Shown one piece after another: positions 17,513 to 33,089 of a stretch of 64,000 nucleotides of DNA. The DNA is from the human T2T-CHM13v2.0 reference genome, Homo sapiens, in NCBI RefSeq assembly GCF_009914755.1, contig NC_060925.1, one strand, 5' to 3'. The position numbers and the translations under genes were made by a program. Positions within the stretch are counted from its first letter, which is position 1. The number at the start of each line of letters is the position of its first letter. The notes under the pieces were generated by a model, which was not told the origin of the DNA, ran no database searches, and worked only from the letters and a program-made list of their open reading frames with translations.

Positions 17513-20117
17513 GATAAGGTGAATGTATTTTTCATGTGGGAGGAATATGAATTACTGGAGGCCAGAGGTCAAATTGTGGTAGGTGGAATTCTGAGATGAT
17601 CCCCAGGATTCCTGTCTCCTGGTATACACACCCTTTATAGTCTCCTCCCCTTGAATGTGGGTAGGACCTGTGAATATGGTGGAATAGTCACACTGTGATT
17701 ATATTACATTATATAAGATTCCATCTTAGTAAGATGGAGATAGAGTGAGCTTCCCTGCTGGCTTTGAAGAAGTAAGTGGCCAGGTTGTCAGAAAGCCATA
17801 TGACAGGGAACTGTGGGGGCCTCTAGGAGCTGACAGTGGCCCTTACTGACAGCCAGCAAGAGAGCAGGGACCTCTGTCCTACAAACGCAAGGAACTAACT
17901 CTGCTGACAATTATATGAGCTGAGAAGGAGAACTTGGAGCTCCAGAAAGAAATGCAGTCCAGACACTGATCACAGACTTGTGAAACCCTGAGCAAAGGGC
18001 CCAGCTGAGCCATGTCTGGATGCCTGACTCACAGGAACTGAGAGACGCTAAAAGTATGTTGTTTTAAGGTGCTAAATTTGCAATAATTTGTTACACAGCA
18101 ATAGGAAGCTAATATACTGTCCAAAGTTTCTAGCCCTTGTCTGCTGTAGGCTGCCATTTTCTGTCCTTGTGACAACTCCAAAACCTAACCAACCTTTAAC
18201 TCCCTACCAATCAACAAACAAGCATACAAACCAAAAAAATAGTTTTTGCAATAAGCATTGAATCTAATAAGCTCACGTTTGCTTCTTGGACATCTCTAGG
18301 GTTGGGTTTCATGGAAGGAGCAAGCAGCTGGTGCCAGTTTGTCATCCTGTCTCCATGGTCACCAGATTTGCATTTGAAGAAGTTCAGTCTTGATTCTGTG
18401 TGGGGAGTGAATTGGTAAGACCAGCTGCAGGCTGATCATTTAGGAGGTTACTGTAGAAGATCAGGAGGGAGATGATAGTGACATGACTAGGTGATGCCAA
18501 AGACCTGGAGAGAAGTGAATGGACTTGAGGAAAGCTAACAGAAGTCACCCTCAGTCTCAGTGCGCAGAGATATCCATTGTTAATGTTAATATTAACCAGG
18601 TTAATATTTTCATGTATTTTCTTTTGCATATACATATATACGTAACAGTATATTTTTATAGTGTTGGGATAACATTGTATCTATAATTTGGTAAACTGAC
18701 CTTTTATCTTGTTATGACCAATTATCTGAAGCATTAAATATCACTTAAAATATTATTCTCAGTAAGCCATTGGTTTTGTCTCTTTTATTCCCTGGAGCCA
18801 CACTAAAATATATTAGTGGAAGATTCCTAGGAGAACTTAGGAGAACAAAATGGAGTGAATGATGCTGAGAGCTAGGTGGAGTATACACCTGGAGATGCCC
18901 CTGATTCCCTTACTATGAGAGAGAGGAGGTGTGGATGCCATCTACGCTGAGCTAATATTTGAGAGGTGTGATTTGGGGAGCAGGATCTGGTATCAACGAT
19001 CAGCCCCTGAAACAGGACACATCCCCTCCCCCTGCATCTGTCATAGCTCACTGTTCCCAGCTACCAGGTGCTGGCTATAAACTATAGCCTCTCTTGCCTG
19101 TTAACAAGTTTTTCATAGTGTAACTACTGACTGGATGCTCAGAATGATCTGATTTGGAAGGTAAATATTCAAATGGCTTTTCATAAGTGAAGCAAGTACA
19201 AATTGGGTATTAGGAGAGAGGCTAGTTATTAAATAAATTTTTTAAATGATTGATTTAAAACATTTTACAACAACAGATTCAGGCATCCCTTGAGGGTCTA
19301 CACTCCCCATTCAGGCCATGCAAACTTCTCTGCAATCCTCTTCTCAGAACTTGATGTCTGCTTCCCAGGAGTCCTTACACAGATTATATAACACACACAA
19401 ACACATACACACACGAACACACGCACCTCTTGCATCTCCCCCTGTCCCCTCTCTCATGAGTGCAGGGCAAGCAAAGCATTATCTTGGGTCTCCTCTAAAA
19501 ATTCTCCCTGTTCACTTTGCATTCCCTAAACCCTTATTGCCACCCTTCACCTTCCTCTACCAGGGACAAAACAGGGGTTTCTTCTGTGCACACACACTCT
19601 GAAAGTTGTCAAGTAATTTGAGCCAAGGTGTTCGCTGATAACAAAGGTGCTGTGGCTGATAAGAAAAGTGTTAGCTGATATGCTTAACACCTACAGAAAT
19701 ACTTCCATTTTTACTAGGGGGCCTTTTGAGAAGACAGAAGCTCTTTGGGCCTCAAAGAAAGTGGTAGCATGGTGGGATGGCTTTGGGGGACTGAAATGTG
19801 GGGCAGAGCTCCCTGGCATCACCTCAGACTGTGCTAGTCTTTGCAGAAGGATTCTCCATCCATCTGCAGCATCCATTTCAGATAAATGCTTAACTGCTGC
19901 TAGATGAGTGGTCAGAGCTCCCACAGGCCCACCTGGCCTGGGCACCTAACCAGCCCCCTCAAACCCTTCCTTCTTGATCTTTCCAGGAGATGGTGAAAAG
20001 AACGGTGAGGGTGGGAGGGGAAAGGAGGGTGTGCTTGTTTCACCCAAAATTGGGAGACTTGGTGTTAAAATTTACTTTAAGTTTTCAATAGAAAACATGT
20101 TATTGTTAAAAAAACCT

Positions 20118-20426
<309 letters not shown>

Positions 20427-22075
20427 CTAAGCACTTTATAAATATTAGCAATTTTATTACATACACAACCATGTTTTCCCCCCTCAAAATAACTCTAGTA
20501 TTATTCCTATCTTTCAGTTGTGGAAATTAAGTTCTGAGAGATTAAACAGCTTGTTCCTGGTCTCTCATTAGTAGGTAGAAGAGCTACGGCTGGAGCCTAG
20601 GTCTGTTGGACTCCAGAAACCATGCCTTAGCTATGCTGTGCTGCTGCTGCATGGTAGGGAGAACATATTTATTTGTCTATTTTAGTGGCAAATTTACCAC
20701 CTCCTTTGGTGAGACAAAGATAAAGAATTCTTTCAGCCTATTCACTGAATCCTTTTCCATTCTGAGTGCTAGAGAACAGGCTCTGCCACTTACCAGCTGT
20801 GTGACTGTAGATAAATTATATGCCCTCTCTGAACTTCAGCTGCCCACTCTATAAAGTGGGAATACAAAGTCCTATCTTACTCTCTATGTTGTTATACATG
20901 AAAGCACCTTATAAAGTGCTATCTGCACCGGAGGTGTCATTGCTGTTGGTGAGTCCTTAGCTGGCTTTCTCTCTTTCACGTCTTTTTTTTTTTTTCAAAC
21001 TTTTATTTTATGTTCAGGGGTATGTGTCTTTGTTATTGATTATGGAGTTCCTTGCAAGGCTCTTCTTTATATATTTTTAATGGCCTGGTTTCCATTTCCA
21101 CCTTACCCGCAATGTCCTCTCTTGGGCTGTCTTTCCATTTGACTCCACTAATTAGTCAGGGAACCAAAGTTTTTCAAGCACCTGGTCTTTTGGTCTCTTT
21201 CACAATTGTCCCTCCTCCTTCCCAGCTTTCCATCAGGCCTGCTTAAGGAGTCTTCAGGCATCTAGTGTGTTACTACATTTTACAATTCTAACTTCTAGTG
21301 TTTTCCTACTTAATACTTCCTGTTCTGTTACAATCCTGTTTTTCCCAGGCAGGACAGCTGGGAAATGGAGGGGAGCAGTTGCTTTTGACCTTGGAAGGTG
21401 GTGTGCTGGAATAGGTGGTATCAACAGTGTCAGAATAGCCCTTATGCTGTGGGCTTTGATCCTGCTTCTAAATGGGTGTCAGTGTTCTAAATCTGCTTTT
21501 GGAATGGGAAACATGGAAACATTCATCATTGTTCTAATATTGAAGAAGCTATTGAGCCACTACTCTATATTCACTGGGGACTGACTGTGTCAGGCGCTAG
21601 GTTAGGCACTGTGGGGCCATCAAAAAGAATGAGACACAGTCCCTGACCAGTAGGGCTACTGGGGACCAAAGACTCATAGACCACCGAGATAGGAGTAAAA
21701 GCTAAGTGGGGGCCAGGGGTGTGTTATCCCCAGTGGGGCTCCTTCCCACCCTCCCACAGGCTTCAATGTCAGCTGCACATTCCCACCTGCACCAACCCAG
21801 GCTTCTGGAGACCTTGTGAAAATAAAAATGAATTCCTCCTTTTTCTCCTCAAAGAAAAAAAAAAAGCCAGCCTCACAACAATACCTCAAGGGATCTAATG
21901 TAACCTCAAATGCCAAGTGAGCTATGCTAATGGCGACATCCAGGGTGAGCTGGATGTCTCAGTGCCCTGGCCATAGGTATAAATTCCACCCTAGAAGGGC
22001 CCTTTGCACACTCAGGTCTTACATCTGCCTGCCTCAGTTATGCTTATGTCAGGTTCACGATTATGCCAAATGTCA

Positions 22076-22603
22076 TGTTGCAGTCCGAAGGGAGTGGGTG
22101 GATGAGAAGAAAGAACACTTGGGGGGCTGTAGGCAGGTGAAAGATGATTTTATTCAGCATCAGCTCTCATCAACAGCTTTCTCACACTGTCCACCCTGTC
22201 TCAGCTGGTTAGTTCAGTGGCTCCCACACACAGCTGCATGGTTGGCTCTCCTTTGCCTTCAGGGTCAGCAGCTTAACTCTTTCTCTCTCTGGACATGAGT
22301 GAGCCAAGCTGCATCCTGGCTCCCCTCTGTCCATCTGCAAAGATGGACAGCTTTGGCTCTTTCTCTGGACACCAGTGTGCCTGTACAGTGTCGGCAAAGC
22401 AATTATACCTTTTATAGACAATAGCGGCTTAGAGCCAAGTGATGAGCCTTCCCTATATTATGACTATGGTGGTGAGCTTCTCTATGTTATGTCTACATGG
22501 CATGACAACAAGTGGAGTTATACGCCTGCGCTCTAAACTCACTGAGTCACTCTGAACGTTTACCTCGGCCTATCCTTGACCAAAGCAAGCCAGGTTCCTT
22601 ACA
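22076..22603 (-). mobile_element. LTR18-like solo LTR (ERVL) with an AP-1 site TGAGTCA at 22543-22549
   Basis: TG...CA termini. The reverse complement begins tgtaaggaacctggcttgctttggtcaaggataggccgagg, matching recalled LTR18. AATAAA is present on the minus strand (ttttatt near 22149). Confidence 0.7.
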
Positions 22604-22893
22604 GCTCAGTTCAGGGAGCATGCCTACCTTGCACTCCTGCACCCTGTTCCCAGGACACCTTGGAGGGTCAAGTTGGATGAGGAAATCAGTTGCTGTTCGA
22701 GTCCCTGGAGGGAGAAGGGAAAAAGACTTTTCCCATTTGATTTCTCCTAAGCTGTGGCCCAAGTGCTACACTTATAATATTATCTCCACCAACCACACCT
22801 GGGTTGGCCCTGGACCGAGCCAGAAGTCTTTCTTTACAGAAGCTATGTGATATGGGGAACAAGTTGCCTATTTCTTGAGAAAGTCAAGGTCAC

Positions 22894-23651
<758 letters not shown>

Positions 23652-24121
23652 GCTAAGATCTCTCAGCTTCTCCTCAGAATTCCTTGGTACTTTCACCTTC
23701 CTCCTTCTTTGTTCCAGAAAAGTCTCTCTTTTCTTTGACCAGGCTAACTCCTTCCTAGGCCTTCTAATTCCATCCCTTCCAACTTCCTCCTGGGTCCTTC
23801 TGTGCCAATTAGCCTTTCTTAGGCTTCTCTTCAGGATCTCCCCAGACTTATACATTTGCTTAGGCTTCTATCTGTTCCCCTGGGTCCTGCCATTGCTGCC
23901 TTCTGTTCTTTTGTTCTTTTTCATTCCACTGCCTACTGCATCCACTTCCCCACCACTCACGTGTTCTCTGCACACTAGCTGTCAAAATAGCCCTTACAGA
24001 TGCAGTAAAGCATGGTGGCCAAGAGTGCAGTCTTTGGAAGTCAGAATACCTGGCTTCAAATCCTCGTTTACCTAATCTCTCTAACCTAGTTCTGTTCATC
24101 TCTAAGCATGGATAGTAACAG

Positions 24122-24560
24122 TACTATAGTTTGGATGTGGTTTGTCCCTGCCCAAACTCGTGTTGGAATTTGATTCCCAATGTCGCAGTGTTGGGAGGTG
24201 GGATCTGCTGGGAGGTTTGGGTTCACAGGGGCAGCTCTCTCATAAATAGATTAATGCCCTCTGTGGGGGTGAGTCAGTTCTTCCTCTTGTGGGGATGGAT
24301 TAGTTCTGGTGAGAGTGGGCTTTTAGAATCTGGCTTCCTCAGTTTCTCTCTCTTGCTTCCCCTCTTGCCATGTGACCTCTTTGCACATGTCTGCTCCCCT
24401 TCCACTGATAGCCATGAGTGGAAGCAGCCTTAGGCCCTCAACAGATGCAGCTGCCCAATCTCGGACCTCCCAGTCCCCAGAATTGTGAGCCAAATAAGGC
24501 TCTTTTCTTTATATCCAGCCTCAGGTATTCTGTTCTAGCAATGCAAAACAGATAAAGACA
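24122..24560 (+). mobile_element. MST-family MaLR solo LTR inserted in a MIR
   Basis: t(a)ctatagtttggatgtggtttgtcc ... ggtattctgttctagcaatgcaaaacagataaagaca; imperfect 5-bp TSD aacag/aacaa. Confidence 0.8.
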
Positions 24561-24668
24561 AACAACATATAATTTATAGGGCTTTTTAAAAAAATTTTAT
24601 ATATGTATATATTTTAGCTTAATTATCTTAGCCTAATTCCTGGTCTCAGCTATGTGTTAGAATTACGA

Positions 24669-26715
<2,047 letters not shown>

Positions 26716-27105
26716 TCAGAGGAGCAGCCTTCCAAACAAGAGGTGGTCCTTTCACTTTGAAACTGCCATCCACAAATCCAATAGCTTTTTGTCAGTGAGG
26801 GAACTGCTTATCAGGAACCATGGAAACTGGCAGCTCCTCACGTAGTTCCAGAGTCAGTTTTAGGGAAAAAGAAGATCTGTGCCTGTGAGTATCTCCTTCT
26901 GGCATTCCCCAGGTGGCATGATCCTATACAAACCATTGCTATTTAAGTATGGAACTCTGGGAACTGCCATCCTCATTAACATATTTATCTGACATCATCC
27001 CAGACAGTATGGGTATTTCAGGTATCAGGATCATTTTATGTCCTTCAGTGATAGGTGTAGTTTTCAGTTAACATTCCATATACAGGCAGTAAACACCCCT
27101 CAACT
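26716..27105 (-). mobile_element. ERV-L (class III) pol fragment, connection/RNase H region
   Basis: My minus-strand translation gives TPITEGHKMILIPEIPILSGMMSDKYVNEDGSSQSSILK*QWFV*DHA and FVDGSFKVKGPPLVWKAA. These resemble recalled HERV-L Pol (GHQVTMRPELPIMNWV...SIIKWKWYI; WFTDGS...WTAA). Confidence 0.7.
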
Positions 27106-27122
27106 AGAAACTCTCTCGTCAT

Positions 27123-27450
27123 GACCGGGCGCGGTGGCTCGTGCCTTTAATCCCAGCACTTCGGGAGGTCGAGGCAGGCAGATCACTTGAGGTCAAGAGT
27201 TTGAGACCAGCCTGCCAGCATGATGAAACCCTGTCTCTATGAAAAATACAAAAATTAGTCGGACATGGTGGTGCTCTCCTGTAATCCCAGCTGCTTGGGA
27301 GGCTGAGGCAGGAGAATCGCCGAACCTGGGAGGCAGATGTTGCAGTGAGCCGAGACCGCACCACTGTACTCCAGCCTGAGCAACAGAGTGAGACTCCATT
27401 TCAAAAAAACAAAACAAAACAAACAAACAAACAAAAAAGAAAAGAAAAGA
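27123..27450 (+). mobile_element. AluS with TSD
   Basis: TSD agaaactctctc(g/a)tc at 27106-27120 and 27449-27463. Confidence 0.93.
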
Positions 27451-27473
27451 AACTCTCTCATCCAAAATCCGTA

Positions 27474-27680
27474 TGAGACCACCTTTTCATAACTATGACA
27501 TTAACAGAAACCTGACATAGTTGACTCTTCTTGCTTCTGATCTCCAAGCTATCTTTGATCATTCCTGGGCATAAGCCAAGCTAGCATTGGGGGGAATTTA
27601 ATTAACAGTTTAACTTGAAAGCAAGGATGATGACAGCCCCTCCCTTAAACTACCACACTCCTTGCTCAGGAACTGAACAC
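27474..27680 (+). mobile_element. 5' portion of an LTR8/LTR8A-like ERV1 LTR, truncated at 27680
   Basis: tgagaccacctttt...ttgcttctgatctccaagct...cattcctgggcataagccaagcta...ttaacttgaaagcaaggatgat matches the recalled LTR8-family 5' end. Confidence 0.7.
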
Positions 27681-28037
27681 TCAGCATTACAATTTTTTGT
27701 GTGTGTGATTTTTACTACTCCTATTACTATGAAGCTAGTCATTATGTCTATATATTCAGCCACAAATCATTTACTTTCTGTATTTTAAATACTGGCTAGA
27801 CATTTTATCTAAATATTCTACTGACATTTCAATACATCCCAAAACAAAGACCTCCCCTCCCCCTACACTTCTGAGCTTCTTTCTGATTTTTAAATTTATG
27901 TTAATGGCACCATTACACTTCTATCAGCTCTGGACACACACCTTGGAGTCAAGACTTCCTTTCCTGTATCAACTACATCCAATCAATAACTAAGTTCTGT
28001 AGGTTTTATCAATGAAACATTTAAAAATATATGTATC

Positions 28038-28184
28038 TGGGTTGGCCACAATGGCTCATGCTTGTACTCCTAGCACTTTGGGAGGCTGAGGTGGGAGAAT
28101 TGTTTGAGCTTATGAATCTAAGATTATGGAGCTATGATCATGCCACTGTGCTCCAGCCTGAGCAATAGAGCAAGACCCTGTCTC
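28038..28184 (+). mobile_element. Alu monomer (FLAM-like)
   Basis: gggttggccacaatggctcatgcttgtactcctagcactttggg...agcaagaccctgtctc. Confidence 0.8.
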
Positions 28185-28750
28185 ATATATATACATATAT
28201 ATGTCTCATATGTATATATATATATGTCTCATATCTATGTCTCATATCTATGTCTCACATATCTATGTCTCACATATATATGTCTCACATATCTATGTCT
28301 CACATATATATGTCTCACATATCTATGTCTCACATATCTATGTCTCACATATCTATGTCTCACATATCTATGTCTCACATATATATGTCTCATATATATG
28401 TCTCACATATATATGTCTCATATATATGTCTCACATATATATGTCTCTATATATGTCTCACATATATATGTCTACATATATATGTCTCACATATATATGT
28501 CTCTCTATATATGTCTCATATATATGTCTCTATGTATATCTCATATATATGTCTCTATATATGTCTCATATATGTCTCTATATATATGTCTCATATATAT
28601 GTCTCTATATATATGTCACATATATATGTCTCTATATATATCTCATATATATGTCTCATATATATGTCTCTATATATATGTCTCATATATATGTCTCTCT
28701 ATATATGTCATATATATATATATACACATATACACACGCACACACACACA
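28185..28750. repeat. Compound AT-rich minisatellite (core units ATATCTATGTCTCAC / ATATATATGTCTC) ending in (TA)n(CA)n
   Basis: Directly visible 13-15-bp tandem units; they explain the YMSHI/YLCLT pseudo-ORFs. Confidence 0.95.
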
Positions 28751-29095
28751 AGCCTAGTTTAGGCTATTACTCCCCCTAGACTATTCTAGTAGCCTTCTAA
28801 CGGGATTCCTTGACTTCAGTCCTTGTCATGATGATTACTTACATATATTGCTGCCAGATTATTCTTCTTAAAATGCTACTTGGTCATAGAACTTCCCTGC
28901 AGAAAAATTTTCAATGGCTCCTGTTTACCTGCAAAGTAAAATCCAAACTCTGACATTCAGATGCCTTTATAACATGGCTTCTCTTCCTTCTAGCCTCATC
29001 TCCTTATACCTTTGACTACACAGAAGCATCAGTCATATTTAAAACATGCCCAGTACTTTTTCATTTGTGGGTCTTGGTTTAAGGTGTTTCCTTCT

Positions 29096-29252
29096 TTATT
29101 TTCATTTTTTAGAGACAGGGTTTTGCTCTGTCACACAGGCTGGAGCACAGTGGTGTGATCATTGCAGCCTCAAACTCCCAGGCTCAATCAGTCCTCCGGC
29201 CTCAGCCTCCCAAAGCACTGGGATTACAGGCATGAGCCCCCTTGCCCAGCTG
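29096..29252 (-). mobile_element. FLAM-like Alu monomer with 14-bp TSD
   Basis: TSD aggtgtttccttct at 29082-29095 and 29253-29266. Confidence 0.9.
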
Positions 29253-31461
29253 AGGTGTTTCCTTCTACTTGGAATTCCTTATTGCATTCCTTATCTTTCA
29301 GTGCTCTTCTTAAGTATGCCTTCCTCTTGGTAGGCTTCTCTGACTCCAACTGGGTGAGTTCTCTCCCCTTGCTGACTCTCAGCATCTTAGTAATATCTAC
29401 CCTCCTGTGGCCCTTAACATCATCTGTCTTACACTCCTTGGTAAGACATTCTTTGGTCTCGTTTTCATATCTCCACAACTTCTAACAGTGCCTCATATAT
29501 GCAGATGCACATAATTGTTGAGACTCTTGACCTGACTTGAAGAGTGCTTAACTTTGAATATCAAGTTTCGTTTTCAAAAATTCTCAATAGGCTAAGAGTG
29601 AGTGACAAGGCAAATGTGAGTGAACACTGCAGTGAAGTGTGAAGCAGGGCTTTAGCTCCCAGCCCACTACAGCCTCTCCCTGCTTACCCCTCCATGTCTT
29701 TTCATGGTTTCACCTCATCTGCCACTCACACCGTGGGGGAATTAATGGATTTTGGGGGAAGTGTCAACACAGGACTAAGATGCCCCTCCCTGCTCTCTTC
29801 CCACAATCCTTTCTCTCCCTCATCTTGGCCGTCTTTCAACTTCTTGACTCAGACACTTTCTTCTCTCTGCTTCTTCTCCTTCTGCTTTTCCTGTTTGCCT
29901 CACCTTCTCTATCACCATCTAGAGCCATAAAGGACATTGAGTCTGGGGCTGGGTTGAAGATGAGAAGCAGAGACAAACAGATACATTCGCATGGAGAAAG
30001 GCTAGCCCACCGAGCCAAGGTGTGACCCCTCATGGCTTCTTTGGTCCCCAGTAGCACCAGACTTCTGACTCCCCTCTGACTACTGCCATCTCACTGCCTT
30101 CCTCGCTAACTTCAAACTACTCAGCTTGCAGACATGCAGCAACCACTCTTTGTCCTGTTGGTTTGAGTTAAGAACAGAGGTTTGCAAAGTGATGGCTTTA
30201 TCCACAGACACCTGTGGAATGCAAAGTACTTTCTTCTTCCATTTACAAAACAAACAGCTGAGAACCAGGAATGCTGCCTCCTCATAGAGCCCTGCTAGCC
30301 CTCCCTCTGGCTTCTCACCTCCAGATCACTCTACCCCACAAGCGCACTATCGTATGACTGCGGGTGCCCCCAGGGAGGGGCAATTTAATCTTCAACCTGT
30401 TTCTCCACGGAGATTGCTTTTCCGGAGCACATTTTTGGAAGAGCTTAAATGTATTAGTCTGATCATCTAGCATTCCTCGTCCTGCCTGCCCATCCCTTAA
30501 TGCATTCCCTTGTCTCCATCTGCAGCCTCTTTGTAAACCAGTTTCATTATCTCTAGCTGTACCAGTAACTTTCCCCTCATTACCATGATTTCTCCACTAC
30601 CAGTTTATCCCAAATGACCTATGTGTTTAGAGACCACTGCGCTGGACACAGAGATGACTCACTTGGGCATGTCCAGGTGAATGGTGAGTTCTTGTCTGTC
30701 ACAAGGCCAGAACTCCCTGAACTCCAAATATGAAGTCCTTTAATTATTGGGAAGTTGAATTCTGTTTCTGGTGCAAGCATTTTTAGGAACCAAGAGGACA
30801 CTCGTTAGAGCATTTTAAGCTCATGTAAAACACTTTTGTAAATCTAAGGGATTCCTTATATCTGTATCACTACTATTATTACTCAGATCTCCCTGGTTTT
30901 AGCACAGGATAACAAAAGGGTGATATTCAAGTTCACTAGAACTAATCATGGTTGCCCAGATTTCTTGTGAATGTAACAAATGTCTAGAGTTTTGTTTCTG
31001 AGCTGACCTCAGTATATGATTGTCAGTAAATCCCAGGCCCCCTTGGGACAGCCGGCTAGTGCAACAGCAATCTTTCTAAAGTGGTTGGTCAAATACAACC
31101 ACATACAATATGGATGACTGTCACAAACAAAATGTCGAGTGAAAGAATCCAGCCCTAAAAGAGAAAATACCATACAATTCAATTTTTCAAAATTTGAAGG
31201 CAAAGAAAAAAATCAGTTGTGCCAGGTGCCAGGGTAGTGGTCACCTTGGGAAGGTAGTAACTGACACAGATCGGGGGCACCTGGGGTGCTGGTAATATTT
31301 CTTCAGAAGATATGTTTGCTTTGTGAAATTTCACTTTGCTTTATGAAAGTGCACTTATGATCTGTGCACTTTTCTGTATGTGTGGAATATTCCAACAGTT
31401 TTTTTAAAAAAAGTTTGTCAAGATTCTGACTGCTGAGCTTGGGATACATGTGGGGTGATAC

Positions 31462-31862
31462 TATAGAGGCCAAAGCAATTCTATCTTAGATGCTAACTCG
31501 CCATTTGGCTTCTGATTGACCCCTCTTCTGGGAAGGCCTCTAAGATTTTTGGTTTGTTCCTTATGGGTGAGTTCCTACTTACTGTAAATTCTGCCCTTAT
31601 GGCACATTCCTACCTGTTCTCTCTGAAGCACTTGTGCTCCTCTTCTACAGTATATAAACACCCAGTCTGGGGGGTAATGGTGCAGGATCATCCATCTTGT
31701 CGTGCCACTGCCTGAGACACAGACATGGCTTCTGTTTGTTAAGTTCCTATTAAATAAATGTTCTTTCTAAGAAACTGGATTTGTTAGCCTCTTTCTTTAG
31801 CAGCTGAGAGGCTTCCTCAGACTCTGGGGACAGGTTTGTGTAGGCCTGCCCACCAAGAAACA
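31462..31862 (+). mobile_element. Solo LTR, LTR47-like (ERVL)
   Basis: Begins t(a)tagaggccaaagcaattctatcttagatgctaa; TATA-like tatataa near 31651; 5-bp TSD gatac at 31457-31461 and 31863-31867. Confidence 0.75.
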
Positions 31863-33089
31863 GATACAGTACTCAGTTGTCTACCACAATGACTCTTGAA
31901 GGTGGCAAGCTCACCCCAACCCCAACAAATGGCTGTAGAAGGGGCAGATACAGGATCAGACTGTAATTAAAAGTATATGTAAAACTTAAGGAGTTCTAGG
32001 AGTTATACTAGACATTTCTCATGCTCTTGGATAATCTACTTCTGAATCCTAAAAGAAGGAGGAAGAGTGAGGAGGACTACTCTCCCATTAAGAAAGCTAA
32101 AGAACGGAAAATACTCTTCTCTTGTTCCCTGGCACTGAGGAGTGGCTATGCAGCCCAGCCTTGACCAATGGACACTTTGGGCCTGGTCTTTGAATTTTAG
32201 GAAGGGTTGAAAATGTTTAAAGCAGGAGGGATTCAGGTGCCTAGGGATTCAGTATTTAGAGTCCAGTACGAGTCAAGGTCCATTAGCAGTGGAGCCTGCC
32301 ATGGCTTTCTAGACAGCATGTTTTTGTTGTGTGATCCAAATGAGGTTTCGGCTGCCCAGTCTTTCTTGGGTTCTGTCTGACTTCCAAGCCTCCTCATCAG
32401 TTCTGAGTATACATACCTGATACCTTTTCCAATCTCATTTCTGATTAAGATAATTAGGGAAGGTTTCTGTTACTTATATCCAAGAACCTTGACTACTACA
32501 AAAGCCCCCCCAGCAAAAGATATGTCAAATTCTGTTTGCAATTTTCCACCCAGATTTTATCACAGGGCTTGTAATTCCACTAAGTAGAGCTTATTTGGGG
32601 TTGACTATGTTCCTATTTTACAAATACCTGCATTCTTGCAGGGTAATTCATCATTCATACTTTAGTGTGAATTCTTACAGTCCAGTTGTTTTTTGTCTTA
32701 TCTCTCTGAGAAAATAGAATGGAGGGAGGAGTTCAGGAAGGGTTCATTTTGGAGCTTGGAGCATTTAAGGGAGGGCAGGAATGAAATAAAATACCAAGGT
32801 GGGGAGCCTTGGGAAGTCAGAGGGTCTCATGAGGTCACAGGATTCATATGGGGTAGGAAAGAGAGGATACCGTGCAATAGAGGAAGGCTGAGAGCAACGT
32901 GTCAGAGAGCCAAAGAAAAATTTTGCCATCTTACTTTAGGCTGGTCTTTTGCATATATTCATTTTTTGTTTTGTATTGGGTAGGTAATTGGTAATCCTGG
33001 CTTCTTAGGGTTATGCAAGTGATTATAGATTATTTATTATGTTATCACAACTCCCACCTTAGGTACAGACACCGTCAGCAGAAGCAGTG

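Larger units (their letters stand above)
16230..18116 (+). mobile_element. MaLR MLT1 internal segment plus 3' LTR (LTR 17575-18116, MLT1E/F-like)
   Basis: The LTR begins tgtggtaggtggaattctgagatg and ends agcaataggaagctaatata. It is preceded by a purine-rich tract and MLT1-int-like sequence. Confidence 0.7.

Noticed and set aside
28134-28779. Three overlapping 170-207 aa ORFs with YMSHI/YLCLT repeats; superficially also array-like
   Set aside because: They are translations of a stop-free minisatellite. There are no unique spacers, so this is not CRISPR-like.
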